Assembly: GCA_963703315.1 (NCBI GenBank)
Contig: OY969811.1
Span: 2,560,001-2,624,000 of the forward strand
Length of the DNA: 64,000 nucleotides
Direction of reading: 5' to 3'
Source: an uncultured cyanobacterium
GTDB taxonomy: Bacteria > Cyanobacteriota > Cyanobacteriia > Pseudanabaenales > Pseudanabaenaceae
Within the stretch, counting starts at the first letter, position 1. Every line of letters begins with the position of its first letter. Below the pieces are notes generated by a model, which made no database searches, was not told where the DNA came from, and saw only the letters and a program-made list of their open reading frames with translations. Both the position numbers and the translations under genes were made by a program. Shown in pieces: positions 50,087 through 60,052 of this stretch.

Positions 50087-52330
50087 ATGAAACCTTTAAA
50101 GAAAAATTTCTTAGAAAAAAAGGCTCGTGATTATCAACTATCTGAGCAGCAAACAGAAGTTTTTGTAGCACTCTTTAGCAGTGGTACAGATGATGACTTA
50201 TCAGTTGCCGATAGTTTGCATATTTCTCTAAGTGCTTTAAGAACTTGTATGACTGGTGTTTATGAAAAATTTGAAATTGCAGGTAAGGGAGCCGGCAAGT
50301 TTTATCGCTTATATGTTTGGCTGATATATCAATCAGGAGAATCAAGTGTTGAAGATGCCTTAGCATTTGATAATAGCGTGCAAGGCTTAATAACAAAGTT
50401 CAGAAAAAATTGCGAGCAGGATATTCTCAAGCGGTGCGGAACGATGCGGGTGTTGGATATGGATCAATCCATCGCTTTGAGTGATATTTATACTGATGTG
50501 AATATTTTGGAGAAGATAACCCGCAATCAACGGCGGGATCTTGGTGAGTTAATGGATCTATGCCGAGTTGAGGAGTTTTATCGGTGGGGATTGGGAGGAA
50601 TACAACAAAAGCGAGTTGAGGGAATTGAAGCGGTTAGGAATCACAGCAAGTTGATGATTTTGGGTAAACCAGGGACTGGGAAAACTACGTTTTTGAAATT
50701 TTTGGCAATATCATGTATTAATGGGAAAGCGTTTGCGGATTTGGTTCCTATTTTTGTGACGCTAAAGGATTTTGCGGATCGGGAAAATCGTCCGAGTTTG
50801 CTGCAATTTTTGATGGGAGAGTTTAGTCAATGGGAAGTTGAAATTGAACCGATTTTAAAATCTGGCAAGGCTTTAATATTGCTAGATGGATTAGATGAAG
50901 TACAGGCTGAATATGATGATCGGGTTTTGCGTGAAATTCGAGAATTGGAGCGAAACTATAGCCAAAGTCATATTGTGGTGACTTGTCGGATTGCGGCAAA
51001 GCAATATATTTTTGAGCAGTTCAAAGAAGTAGAAGTTGCAGATTTCGATGAGCAACAGATCGCCACTTTTACAGGAAATTGGTTCCGCCATAAGGAAATT
51101 AAGGCTGAGGATTTTTTAGCAGAAATTAAGAAAAATAATCGAGTTCAGGAATTGGCAACAAGTCCGCTATTATTGACTTTGCTATGTTTGGCTTTCGAGG
51201 AGTCGGGAAGTTTTCCAACGGATCGCGCGGAACTTTATAAGGAAGGCTTGGATGCGTTACTGCGGAAATGGGATGCGAAAAGGGGAATTAGGCGAGATAT
51301 TGTCTATAAAGACTTATCGGTGCAGAAGAAGGAAGATATGCTCTCGCAAATTGCTTTGACTACCTTTGAGAAAGGGGATTATTTTGTCAAGCAACGGCAG
51401 CTTGAGGACTATATTTGTGACTATATTCGTAATACTACCAATGCAAAAAACAATGATGAAGAGTTGCATTTAGATAGTGAAGCCGTATTGAAATCCATTG
51501 AGGCGCAGCATGGGCTATTTGTGGAACGCGCTAGAGGAATTTATTCTTTTTCCCATTTGACTTTTCATGAATACTTTGCGGCTCGACAGATTGTGGTATC
51601 TACTAGTCCTAGCAAATTAGAAACTGCCTTGCAAAATCTAGTGACTCATATTACCGATAAACGCTGGCGAGAGGTGATTTTGCTATCGGTCGGCATGGCA
51701 AGGGAAGCGGATGATTTGTTACTTTTGATGAAAAGGAAGATTGATAGTTTATTAGCAGATGATGAGAAGTTACAGAGCTTTCTAGCATGGGTAGATGAGA
51801 AATCGCGAGTAGTAAATGGCTCCTATAAAATTGTTGCCGTTAAAGCTTACTACTTCGACCTTGCCCGCGGCTTCGCCCACAGTGGAGCCTTTAAGTTCGT
51901 CCTCGACCTTGCTAAGGAGATCGATCGCACCCTCGACCGCATGGTCGACCTCGACTTCGATCTCGACCATGCGGTCGAGGGTGCGATCGATCTCGCTCTC
52001 GACCGCGCTAAGGAGATCGGCGACGAGAGATTATACCAACACCTACAATCTCTAAAAGATCGGTTTCTCAATCCAAATCAAGACAGAAATGCTTTTCCAG
52101 AATGGTGGAATCAGAATGGGAAGGAATGGATTGCCGAATATCAACAAATAGTAAACGAACATCACAATATCGGTCATGATTGGCAATTTACCGATGATCA
52201 ACGAGAAAAACTAGAACAATATTACCAAGCGAATCGTTTTTTAGTGGAATGTCTGAAGAGTAACTGTTATGTGCGCCGTGAGACGAGACAAGAGATTGAG
52301 GATAGTCTGCTGTTGCCAAGTAAAAGATAA
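50087..52330 (+). CDS. HTH-NACHT (STAND) NTPase with cyanobacterial C-terminal helical domain
   Basis: LS..Q.EVF...VA..LHIS..AL (LuxR-like HTH), GKPGTGKTT, LLDGLDE, TCR, PLLL, FSHLTFHEYF, HNIGHDWQF. Confidence 0.88.
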   Translation: MKPLKKNFLEKKARDYQLSEQQTEVFVALFSSGTDDDLSVADSLHISLSALRTCMTGVYEKFEIAGKGAGKFYRLYVWLIYQSGESSVEDALAFDNSVQGLITKFRKNCEQDILKRCGTMRVLDMDQSIALSDIYTDVNILEKITRNQRRDLGELMDLCRVEEFYRWGLGGIQQKRVEGIEAVRNHSKLMILGKPGTGKTTFLKFLAISCINGKAFADLVPIFVTLKDFADRENRPSLLQFLMGEFSQWEVEIEPILKSGKALILLDGLDEVQAEYDDRVLREIRELERNYSQSHIVVTCRIAAKQYIFEQFKEVEVADFDEQQIATFTGNWFRHKEIKAEDFLAEIKKNNRVQELATSPLLLTLLCLAFEESGSFPTDRAELYKEGLDALLRKWDAKRGIRRDIVYKDLSVQKKEDMLSQIALTTFEKGDYFVKQRQLEDYICDYIRNTTNAKNNDEELHLDSEAVLKSIEAQHGLFVERARGIYSFSHLTFHEYFAARQIVVSTSPSKLETALQNLVTHITDKRWREVILLSVGMAREADDLLLLMKRKIDSLLADDEKLQSFLAWVDEKSRVVNGSYKIVAVKAYYFDLARGFAHSGAFKFVLDLAKEIDRTLDRMVDLDFDLDHAVEGAIDLALDRAKEIGDERLYQHLQSLKDRFLNPNQDRNAFPEWWNQNGKEWIAEYQQIVNEHHNIGHDWQFTDDQREKLEQYYQANRFLVECLKSNCYVRRETRQEIEDSLLLPSKR
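51917..51994. repeat. Perfect 32-bp intragenic inverted repeat, 14-nt spacer
   Basis: 51917-51948 is the exact reverse complement of 51963-51994. Confidence 0.93.
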
Positions 52331-52392
52331 AAAGGAAAAAGAGGTTTATTTTCCCAATGAAGTGTTGCACGGAGTGCAACACTTCATTGGAA

Positions 52393-53310
52393 CTACTTAT
52401 TTTCGATCGCTTTTTCTGTGAGACTTTGGAAATATAAGAAGCCCGCCGAGGTTAGGAAAGTGAAATAAGCGATCGCCTGTCCAAGAAATAGGCGATCGCG
52501 AAAGCCAAACATCGCCTTAAGTAATATGCCAGGGAATTGCTTGTCAGGGAGAATCTCATGGACATCCCACACTAAACCACCCAGTAAACAAGAACTAATT
52601 TCTGTAGTTGAAGATGTAGGAAAACAGATAGAAGTCTGTGCGAGTTCTGCCCATGCCGCGATCGCCTTATCAAGATGTCCAATCGCACTGATCACTAATC
52701 CTGCCACGATCAGTAATAGAAAAACTCCCATTGCTTGAAAAAACACCTTGAGATTAATGCGAATGCCAAATTGAAAGAGAGCCGTGCCAATCGCCACCGC
52801 ACCAACTAAACCAGCGATCGCACCGACAATTGGTACAAATCCGCCCTGTAGTTTTGCTGATATAAAGATTACGACTTCAAAACCTTCGCGCAATACTGCA
52901 ATGAGAATCAGCGTAAATACTGCCCAGCCAGCCGTTTGTTCATTAGCGATCGCCTTACCAATTTGTCCTTCGATTTCCCCCTTGAGCGCTTTCGCATTTT
53001 CGGTCATCCAGATCAACATCCAACTCAACATGGCGATTGCCGTGATGCCCAGAACTCCCTGCCACAACTGTCCATAAAAAGCTGCCTGTAATGGTTCTGT
53101 ATGTTCAACTCGTTGGAAGAACCAATTTAACAAGATTCCCACTGCCACGCTAGCCAATACACCCGTACCAATGCCGCCAAATACCCAAGGATTGAGCGCA
53201 CTGCGATCGGCTTTTTTGAGATATGCCATCACGATTCCCACCACAAGGGCAGCTTCTACGCCCTCCCGTAAGGTAATCGCAAAAATTGGTAATGCTGCAC
53301 TAAAATCCAT
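52393..53310 (-). CDS. FTR1 family iron permease
   Basis: Two REGxE motifs (REGVE, REGFE); multiple TM helices. Confidence 0.92.
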   Translation of the reverse strand: MDFSAALPIFAITLREGVEAALVVGIVMAYLKKADRSALNPWVFGGIGTGVLASVAVGILLNWFFQRVEHTEPLQAAFYGQLWQGVLGITAIAMLSWMLIWMTENAKALKGEIEGQIGKAIANEQTAGWAVFTLILIAVLREGFEVVIFISAKLQGGFVPIVGAIAGLVGAVAIGTALFQFGIRINLKVFFQAMGVFLLLIVAGLVISAIGHLDKAIAAWAELAQTSICFPTSSTTEISSCLLGGLVWDVHEILPDKQFPGILLKAMFGFRDRLFLGQAIAYFTFLTSAGFLYFQSLTEKAIENK

Positions 53311-53324
53311 ATTTAATTTCTCTT

Positions 53325-53891
53325 TTAAAATATAATTCCACGATAAATTTCGGACATTGCTAGCTCAATATTCACTGAATTTAACAAGATTGATTTGTCT
53401 AAACTATCAAAATCACTAAGTAACCAACCATTCTCTTGTTTGTGATAACGTTCGACCAACGGTTCATCTTGTCTTACTAGTAGATATTCACAAAAACTGG
53501 GGATAGAACGATACATCCGAAACTTATTATTGCGATCATGTTGTTCTGTTGATGGAGAAAGTACTTCCACAATGAGAATAGGATTTAAAGCTTCATCTTT
53601 GCGCTCTCCATTGAGTTGAATAATGCCATCAAAAACCATTGCATCTGGATACACCCCACAATGATACTCAGGAAGCCATATTCGCAAGTCGTTGTTCATT
53701 GCTTCAAATTGAGTGTTGAGAAGCTTTGTATCCAAAAGCGTGACAATATTTCTGCCAATACGACTATGTTTAACCGTTCCACCTGTCATGTGGATAATTT
53801 CTCCATCATAAAATTCACAACGTCCTTCAGAGGTTTCAGCGATCGCCCGATATTCATCGAGACTGTAGCGGCGCTCAGCAATGGTAACCAT
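53325..53891 (-). CDS. Uma2 family endonuclease
   Basis: YPD, IVEVLSPST..DR..KF..Y..IPS..EYLLV. Confidence 0.92.
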   Translation of the reverse strand: MVTIAERRYSLDEYRAIAETSEGRCEFYDGEIIHMTGGTVKHSRIGRNIVTLLDTKLLNTQFEAMNNDLRIWLPEYHCGVYPDAMVFDGIIQLNGERKDEALNPILIVEVLSPSTEQHDRNNKFRMYRSIPSFCEYLLVRQDEPLVERYHKQENGWLLSDFDSLDKSILLNSVNIELAMSEIYRGIIF

Positions 53892-54038
53892 AGAGTTGTA
53901 CGCTGATTTTTAAGACAACAGTTCCTATTGTAATGCGATGAGAAAACAGGGGACTTAAGCCCCCTGTTTTAGAATGTTGCAAAACAAGCAATCATAGAGT
54001 TTAATTTATATAAGAAGACTCAACCATCAGATTTGTAA

Positions 54039-54755
54039 ATGAAAATATTTGTCTATCACACGCCTGAGTTAGTGCCTGCTGAAGGAAATCCAGATTGCGC
54101 GATCGCTGTTGATATTTTGCGAGCAACTACTACGATCGCTACAGCGCTTGCGGCAGGAGCCGAGGGAGTGCAAGTATTTTCTGATCTTGATGAGTTGATG
54201 CGTGTAAGTGAGGCACATCCGCCAGAGTTGCGGATCAGGGTTGGTGAACGGGGTGGTAAGACTGTAGAGGGTTGTGATTTGGGGAATTCGCCCTTTGACT
54301 TTACGCCTGAAGTGGTGAAGGGCAAGCGGATTTTTATGAGTACGACTAATGGCACGCGATCGCTGCAAAAAGTCCAAAATGCCAAGAGTGTTTTGGCTTG
54401 CGCGATGATTAATCTCGGCGCAGTACTGAAATATTTGCGCGAAACTAAACCTGAAATTGTGTGGATTGTTGGTTCGGGCTGGGAAGGTAGCTACTCGCTC
54501 GAAGATACCACCTGTGCGGGGGCGATCGCGGCTAATCTCGAAAATGAGGCTGATTTTGGTAATGATGAAGCTGTCGCCGCAGCGACTCTATACAAGGCTT
54601 GGAAGGGTGAAGTTGAGGAGTTATTTTATCAAGCTAGTCACGGCAAACGCTTACTAAACCTTGATTGTGCTGAAGATATTGCCTATTGTGCCAAGATTGA
54701 TGTTGTTGATGTATTGCCCAAGCAATCTAGTGCAGGCTTACTAGTTGCTGCCTAG
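54039..54755 (+). CDS. comB: 2-phosphosulfolactate phosphatase family
   Basis: DILRATT, GERGG, GNSP, STTNGT, LED..CAG. Confidence 0.9.
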   Translation: MKIFVYHTPELVPAEGNPDCAIAVDILRATTTIATALAAGAEGVQVFSDLDELMRVSEAHPPELRIRVGERGGKTVEGCDLGNSPFDFTPEVVKGKRIFMSTTNGTRSLQKVQNAKSVLACAMINLGAVLKYLRETKPEIVWIVGSGWEGSYSLEDTTCAGAIAANLENEADFGNDEAVAAATLYKAWKGEVEELFYQASHGKRLLNLDCAEDIAYCAKIDVVDVLPKQSSAGLLVAA

Positions 54756-54756
54756 T

Positions 54757-54854
54757 ATAGCGATTTTCATTTTGCCGTAGGCAAAATGAAAACTCAAAAC
54801 CTTTACTGGAATTGATTTTTTCAAATGAGTACGCACTCATTTGAAAACCGCTAT
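54757..54854. mobile_element. Small TIR element (TATAGCG..TTTTCA / TGAAAACCGCTATA) carrying two hairpins
   Basis: Terminal IRs; truncated relative at 16851-16882. Confidence 0.6.
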
Positions 54855-54922
54855 AGTACTAGATCGAGTAAGCATTAATTTCCCTTGTCGCCATGCCACC
54901 GTCTCACCGTTCCTCTCTGCTC

Positions 54923-55774
54923 ATGACTCCCTTGGCAAAACAAGTGGCAAATGTTAGTGGGTCTCTATCAAAGCCAGAACGTCTTACTCCTCCTCTAAAA
55001 TGGGCTGGTGGTAAACGTTGGCTTGTGCCGTATTTGCAGGATACTTGGCAAAAACACAGCAATCGCCGTTTGGTAGAGCCATTTTGTGGAGGTTTAGCGA
55101 TCGCTTTAGGCTTACACCCCCAAAAAGCCTTGCTAAATGACATCAATCCCCATGTAATCAATTTCTATAAATGTTTGCAAAAAGGTTTGAAACTAGAAAT
55201 TGATACCGAAAACCTTCGTGATTTTTACTATGCTCAGAGAGTCGAATTTAATCGCTTAATCCAAGTTGGTGAAGCGGATACACCAAAAGCTGCACAACTG
55301 TTTTATTATCTAAATCGTACAGGCTATAATGGGCTTTGTCGGTTTAATCAGAAGGGTGGTTTTAACGTTCCCTTTGGAAAATACAAAAAGATTAATTACA
55401 ACGAAGATTTTTCAGCGTATAAAGCGATACTTTCGCAATGGAAATTTACGAATACAGATTTTGGCAAAATTAAAATTAACTCAAATGATCTGATTTACGC
55501 AGATCCCCCCTACGATGTCGAGTTTCGCCAATATTCTAGAAATGGCTTTGAATGGTCAGAGCAAGAACGTCTAGCCCAATGGTTAGCCAATCAAAATTGT
55601 CCTGCGATCGCCTCCAATCAAGCGACTGATCGCATTCTTTCTCTGTATAGAGATTTAGGATTTGAATATAAAATTCTCGATGCCCCAAGACGGATTAGTT
55701 GCAATGGCGATCGCGTTCCTGCTAAGGAAATGCTTGCCTATAAGGGCTTTGCTAAGGGACTAGAACTATCATGA
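54923..55774 (+). CDS. Dam-family (D12) DNA adenine methyltransferase
   Basis: LKWAGGK, EPFCGG, YNGL.RFN..G.FNVPFG, YADPPY; start uncertain (54893 alternative). Confidence 0.9.
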   Translation: MTPLAKQVANVSGSLSKPERLTPPLKWAGGKRWLVPYLQDTWQKHSNRRLVEPFCGGLAIALGLHPQKALLNDINPHVINFYKCLQKGLKLEIDTENLRDFYYAQRVEFNRLIQVGEADTPKAAQLFYYLNRTGYNGLCRFNQKGGFNVPFGKYKKINYNEDFSAYKAILSQWKFTNTDFGKIKINSNDLIYADPPYDVEFRQYSRNGFEWSEQERLAQWLANQNCPAIASNQATDRILSLYRDLGFEYKILDAPRRISCNGDRVPAKEMLAYKGFAKGLELS

Positions 55775-56190
55775 GTCTGCGGAATACAGAAACTGGTGCA
55801 GTTTTAGAGCAGATGGTATTGCATTCTTTAATTTATGGTGGTTATCTCTATCAGTCACAGCAATATATTGGTAGTCGTCCAGGGGGAGGTAAACATAAGA
55901 TTGATGTCGTTGCAAATCGAGGCGATCGCAATATTCTGATTTCTCTCAAATGGCAACAGGTAGGCGGTACTGCCGAGCAGAAAGTTCCCTTTGAAGTAAT
56001 TTGCTTGATGGATGCAATGGAGCAAAATCCCAATTATCAAAAGGCATATTTGGTACTCGGTGGTGAAGGTTGGACTTTACGTGAGTTCTACATTTCAGGT
56101 GATTTGCAACAATATATCCCCTATGGCGATCGCGTAGAGATTATTACCCTTGAAAGGTTTATTATGAAAGCAAATACAGGCAAGCTTTAG
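55771..56190 (+). CDS. Small PD-(D/E)XK-superfamily nuclease
   Basis: G..LE, IDVV, ISLKWQQVGGTAEQK; ATGA overlap with the MTase. Confidence 0.75.
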   Translation: MSLRNTETGAVLEQMVLHSLIYGGYLYQSQQYIGSRPGGGKHKIDVVANRGDRNILISLKWQQVGGTAEQKVPFEVICLMDAMEQNPNYQKAYLVLGGEGWTLREFYISGDLQQYIPYGDRVEIITLERFIMKANTGKL

Positions 56191-56202
56191 TAGATCAAAA
56201 CC

Positions 56203-56835
56203 CTACCGTGAAACTCTAGCTCGATATAATAGCTTTTCTCCCTGCATATAGCCAACATATCGCACGATCGCTATATCACCTTCTTCTATTTCCTCACTTC
56301 CTTCCATTAGTTGATGCTTTTGGGTGTCGTAAGAGATTTCTGCGCCAACAGCACCGATCACACTAATTCCCCATCGCTGTAAGAGAGCATCGAGAGGGCG
56401 TAACAAAGGCAAGATATTTTTGGCAAGCATATTCGGATTGTTCTGAGCCGCATGAGCCGCCGATGGTAATTGCAGAAGAAGAGATTCCAATTGTTGAATT
56501 GTTTCTAATTCAAACTGCGATCGCCATTCTTGTTTTTGAGTCTCTAACTTCTGCTGCAACCTTTGATACTCCTCACGCAAAGCTGCAACTTCAGAGATTT
56601 TGGATGCTGGATTACTTGACGATTCCGTAATGAATTTAGCAATCAATTCATCTATCTCAATCTGTAATACTGCTGCTAACTTTGCTAAATCGGCATATTT
56701 TAAATTTGACCCATTGCCCTTGCGAAGGGTATCGATCGCCCGACGTGATACCCCTGTGCGATCGCTGAGGGCTTGAAAGCTAGCTATATTAGCTAACTTC
56801 ATCAGTTGTCGTAATATTTCTGTACGATCATTCAT
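56203..56835 (-). CDS. XRE-type HTH + GrpE-like domain protein
   Basis: LS..TGVS...I..LR.G HTH, coiled coil, YD...HQ...VRYVGY....LLYRARV. Confidence 0.75.
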   Translation of the reverse strand: MNDRTEILRQLMKLANIASFQALSDRTGVSRRAIDTLRKGNGSNLKYADLAKLAAVLQIEIDELIAKFITESSSNPASKISEVAALREEYQRLQQKLETQKQEWRSQFELETIQQLESLLLQLPSAAHAAQNNPNMLAKNILPLLRPLDALLQRWGISVIGAVGAEISYDTQKHQLMEGSEEIEEGDIAIVRYVGYMQGEKLLYRARVSR

Positions 56836-56924
56836 AGTTTTGTGATGAATTATAAAAATGAAGAAAGCCTTGCATAGCAAGGCTTTCTTCATTTTATCTG
56901 TTACGGAGAATTAACATCTATAGA

Positions 56925-58154
56925 CTAGAGCATTAAATCAGAGTTTAAAGTCACAGCTAGATCAGTATTGGGGTTAACAGAAGAAAGAGTCACACTGTCA
57001 CGTCCGATAAATAGACCGATCAATGAGGTAATAGCGGCTCCACCAAGCACTTCCTCAGTGGCGATCGCCCGATCACCCGTAACACCAGCGATCGCTGCTG
57101 CTGCTGCTGCACCGAGAGCCGCATTTTGGACAATCTTACCAACGCCTAAGCCTTTATCAACTTTCTCAGTTGTAGTGACAACCTTAGAGGTTCCATTGAT
57201 TGCAACTCTACGACCATTGGCAAACACCAATTCACTCGCAAAGAACTGAGAACCACCTGACACAGTGCGTAATTCACCAACTACTTGAGAACCCGCAGGG
57301 ATCAAAATTGTGCCTTGAGAATTGGCAATATTTTGAGACACCGTGAGAGTTAGAGGTACTTTTTCATCAGGACCCAACAGAATTTTGTCCTTGGCATACT
57401 GAACCGCGATCTTATTACCTGCGGGAATTCTGACTTGGTTCTGTACTGGTGGTGTGGTTGTTGTTTGACCCACAATGTAAGGTGAAGCGATCGCTGTTAC
57501 CTGACCAGATTTCACCAAGGATTGATAGATAAATGCCGCAACTTCGGCTCTAGTGGCGGGTTGGTTCGGATTTAAAAACTGCACATTAGGATAATTAACT
57601 ACTAAGCTGTTTTCCGTTGCCGCAGCTACGCTATTTCTTGCATAGCTAGGAATACCAGCAGCATCCGCATAGGTTTGTAAAATGGTCTCAGGAGCTTGAG
57701 TAGTAGTGTAATTCAGCCCATTAGCAAGAGAGACTAAGATTTGCACACGGGGGATATTTTGCCCTGGTGAGAAGACATTACCTGGATAGCCAGATAAAAA
57801 TCCTGTTGTATATGATTTCTGAATTGCCGAGGCAGCCCAATAATTGGAATCTACATCCACAAAACTAACCCCACCCCTGATTGGCGCTTTGTTTGTAGCT
57901 TTGCTGAGAATTGCAGCAAACTGCGCTCTAGTTACTGGATCATTTGGTCGAAATCCCCCATCAGGAAAGCCTTTAAGAATATCTCTGGAAGCCAATTCTT
58001 GGATAAAAGGCTGCGCCCAATATCCCGCAGGCACATCATTAAACGTCGTCTGAGCAAATGCGGAGGCTGTGCTAAATAGAGGAAGCACTGAGCTACTAAC
58101 AAAGGTAGCAGCAACAAACAATGCAGTACCAGAACGTCTACTGTGAGTTTTCAT
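56925..58154 (-). CDS. S-layer homology domain protein
   Basis: Signal peptide; three SLH repeats (FNDV..YWA, GFPDG.FRPN..VTRA). Confidence 0.9.
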   Translation of the reverse strand: MKTHSRRSGTALFVAATFVSSSVLPLFSTASAFAQTTFNDVPAGYWAQPFIQELASRDILKGFPDGGFRPNDPVTRAQFAAILSKATNKAPIRGGVSFVDVDSNYWAASAIQKSYTTGFLSGYPGNVFSPGQNIPRVQILVSLANGLNYTTTQAPETILQTYADAAGIPSYARNSVAAATENSLVVNYPNVQFLNPNQPATRAEVAAFIYQSLVKSGQVTAIASPYIVGQTTTTPPVQNQVRIPAGNKIAVQYAKDKILLGPDEKVPLTLTVSQNIANSQGTILIPAGSQVVGELRTVSGGSQFFASELVFANGRRVAINGTSKVVTTTEKVDKGLGVGKIVQNAALGAAAAAAIAGVTGDRAIATEEVLGGAAITSLIGLFIGRDSVTLSSVNPNTDLAVTLNSDLML

Positions 58155-58382
58155 TTTGAATTTTCTCCTAAATATATACAGTCATGCATATTTCACCCAA
58201 GACTGTATATTTAAACTAAAGGTTCCTGAAAGGTTATCGAATATATCACTGCTATATTTAACAATTTGTTAGTATTTTCGCGTAATAGTTAAATAAATCA
58301 AACATATCAAACATAAAATACGTTAAATCAATCATTACTCGCATATTTAGGCTATTTTTATGCTTTTATAACCCACTCACTA

Positions 58383-59449
58383 GGCACTGGTCAGTTAATT
58401 AGTGAGGTAATGAAAGCCCCTTAATGATAGTAATTCCAGCATAGAAACGGGACGATTAAAAAGTCCGATTGCCATAGCAGGGGTCTTGTTCTTGCCCAAA
58501 CCCTCATGAGGTCGTACCCAATTGTGAATTAAGCGTTGTACCGTGACTGCTCGTTGCAAGCCCTCGGTATTTTTAGCATACAGGTTTTGTCTGCGGCGAA
58601 AAGCACTACACCTTCTTCTCAAAGCACTGTTGTTAGCTTCATTATGATTAGCATGAACGTCACTCTTATCGCTGATGGCAGTATAAGGATGCTCAGGTTT
58701 GACCCATTCGACTCGACGCTTTCCCTGTGAACCTTTAATTTTCATGGCAACTTCCAATCCATAGCGCCATACCTTGCGATGTCCATATTCACGAGTGACT
58801 TCCGATGATTTGAGATAAACACTTGCCATTTGCCATAGTTGTTGAGCGTAGCGTCTTTCACCATCGGTAAACCATCGAATGTATTGACTAGTTTTTGCCC
58901 ATGACCATGCAGTGTTGATGGCTTGCTTAAATAAGTCCGTTGTTTTCATTCCTGCTTTTGCTTCAATCCAGTAGCGACTCCCACGCTCAATAAATGTGAT
59001 TGTCCACCCTTTTGACTCTGAGGGGGGGGAGGTTCTCGCCTACGCGAGTGTAAACCTCATCTCCCTCGACTGTTATATCTCCTCCTGTTGGGGCATCTGG
59101 ACTCCATTGCTGTGACTGAGTTGCCAATTTTTGCTCCCATCTCATGATGCTGACATGAGATTTTTCTAGAACTCTTCCACTGGCTCTAATCCCCATTCCT
59201 TCACTCCTCATCTTAAGTGCTAATGAAACCACATTTTCTGGTGTTCTCAGCCTTGACATTGGCGTTCCTGTCCTTTCACTGAATCTTTTGCCGCATTCTT
59301 TGCATAAATAGTTTTGGATGGCTTTGCCGTCTTGATGGTGATGTTTGCCATTTTTGATGATCTTTTGACTATCGCAGTGGGGGCATTCCATAGCTTTTTC
59401 CTTTACTCTGCCTCTATTTTCTCATATCACTAATTTACTGACCAGTGCC
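58383..59449 (-). mobile_element. IS1-family insertion sequence
   Basis: 23-bp TIRs GGCACTGGTCAGT(T/A)AATTAGTGA, 22/23 match; InsA- and InsB-like ORFs. Confidence 0.9.
58395..59391 (-). CDS. IS1 transposase split by a frameshift at a C8 run
   Basis: CPHC..CKEC zinc finger + HTH + GDE in frame A; FTDG, E..N..LRRR in frame B. Confidence 0.85.
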
Positions 59450-59531
59450 TTGAACGATAACGTTTAGCTAATTGACTAAGATCTTTTTTGAAACGGGAAG
59501 TCAGAAAAATTTCGATAGAATTACTCGACAT
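59450..59531 (-). pseudogene. RelE/HigB-like toxin 5' fragment truncated by IS1
   Basis: MSSNSIEIFLTSRFKKDLSQLAKRYRS runs into the IS end; overlaps antitoxin stop. Confidence 0.75.
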
Positions 59532-59757
59532 CAATCCCTTCCCACATCTGAGATAGAGGAATAGTTTGCCCCCTCATCGCCTCTTTGAGTCCTTGTTTAA
59601 TACCCTCGATAACAATATCGTCAGGGGTGTCATCAAGATCGTTACGGGTTTTTTGGACTAAATATTGTAAAACTTCTTGCTGCTCATTAAGTGAAAGTTG
59701 ATCGATTAAAGTAAAAACCTGCTCTTTTGTGATTTGCAAAGTTAGCATAACTGTCAA
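59521..59757 (-). CDS. Putative antitoxin
   Basis: DDTP...IEGIKQGLKEA..GQTIPLSQMWEGID. Confidence 0.7.
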   Translation of the reverse strand: MTVMLTLQITKEQVFTLIDQLSLNEQQEVLQYLVQKTRNDLDDTPDDIVIEGIKQGLKEAMRGQTIPLSQMWEGIDVE

Positions 59758-60052
59758 TTCCCTTAAGTGTTATTCATAAATTTAGCAAAATATTATTTTC
59801 TATTGCCTAAGTTATAACGGCACATCAATTCCCCACTCCTCACAAAAGCCCCGAATCAGGCGATCGCATCAACAATCTATCTCTTAAAAACGATTACGAT
59901 ACTCGCCAACTGAGAATAATAGAATAAGCGATCGCAGTTTGATATTGGGTAATTAGGCGATCGCACAAAATCTTTAAGCCGCAGCAAGCTCATATTGCGG
60001 CGTTGCATACATTCATGATGAATATGTGCAACACCGATATTTAGAGCAGTAC

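Noticed and set aside
51782..52071. Overlapping short ORFs in the NACHT GC-rich patch
   Set aside because: Explained by stop-poor palindromic sequence; no independent evidence of expression
59813..59870. Possible gene remnant DRLIRGFCEEWGIDVPL* on the minus strand next to a HIP1 site
   Set aside because: Too short to assign to a family without a search
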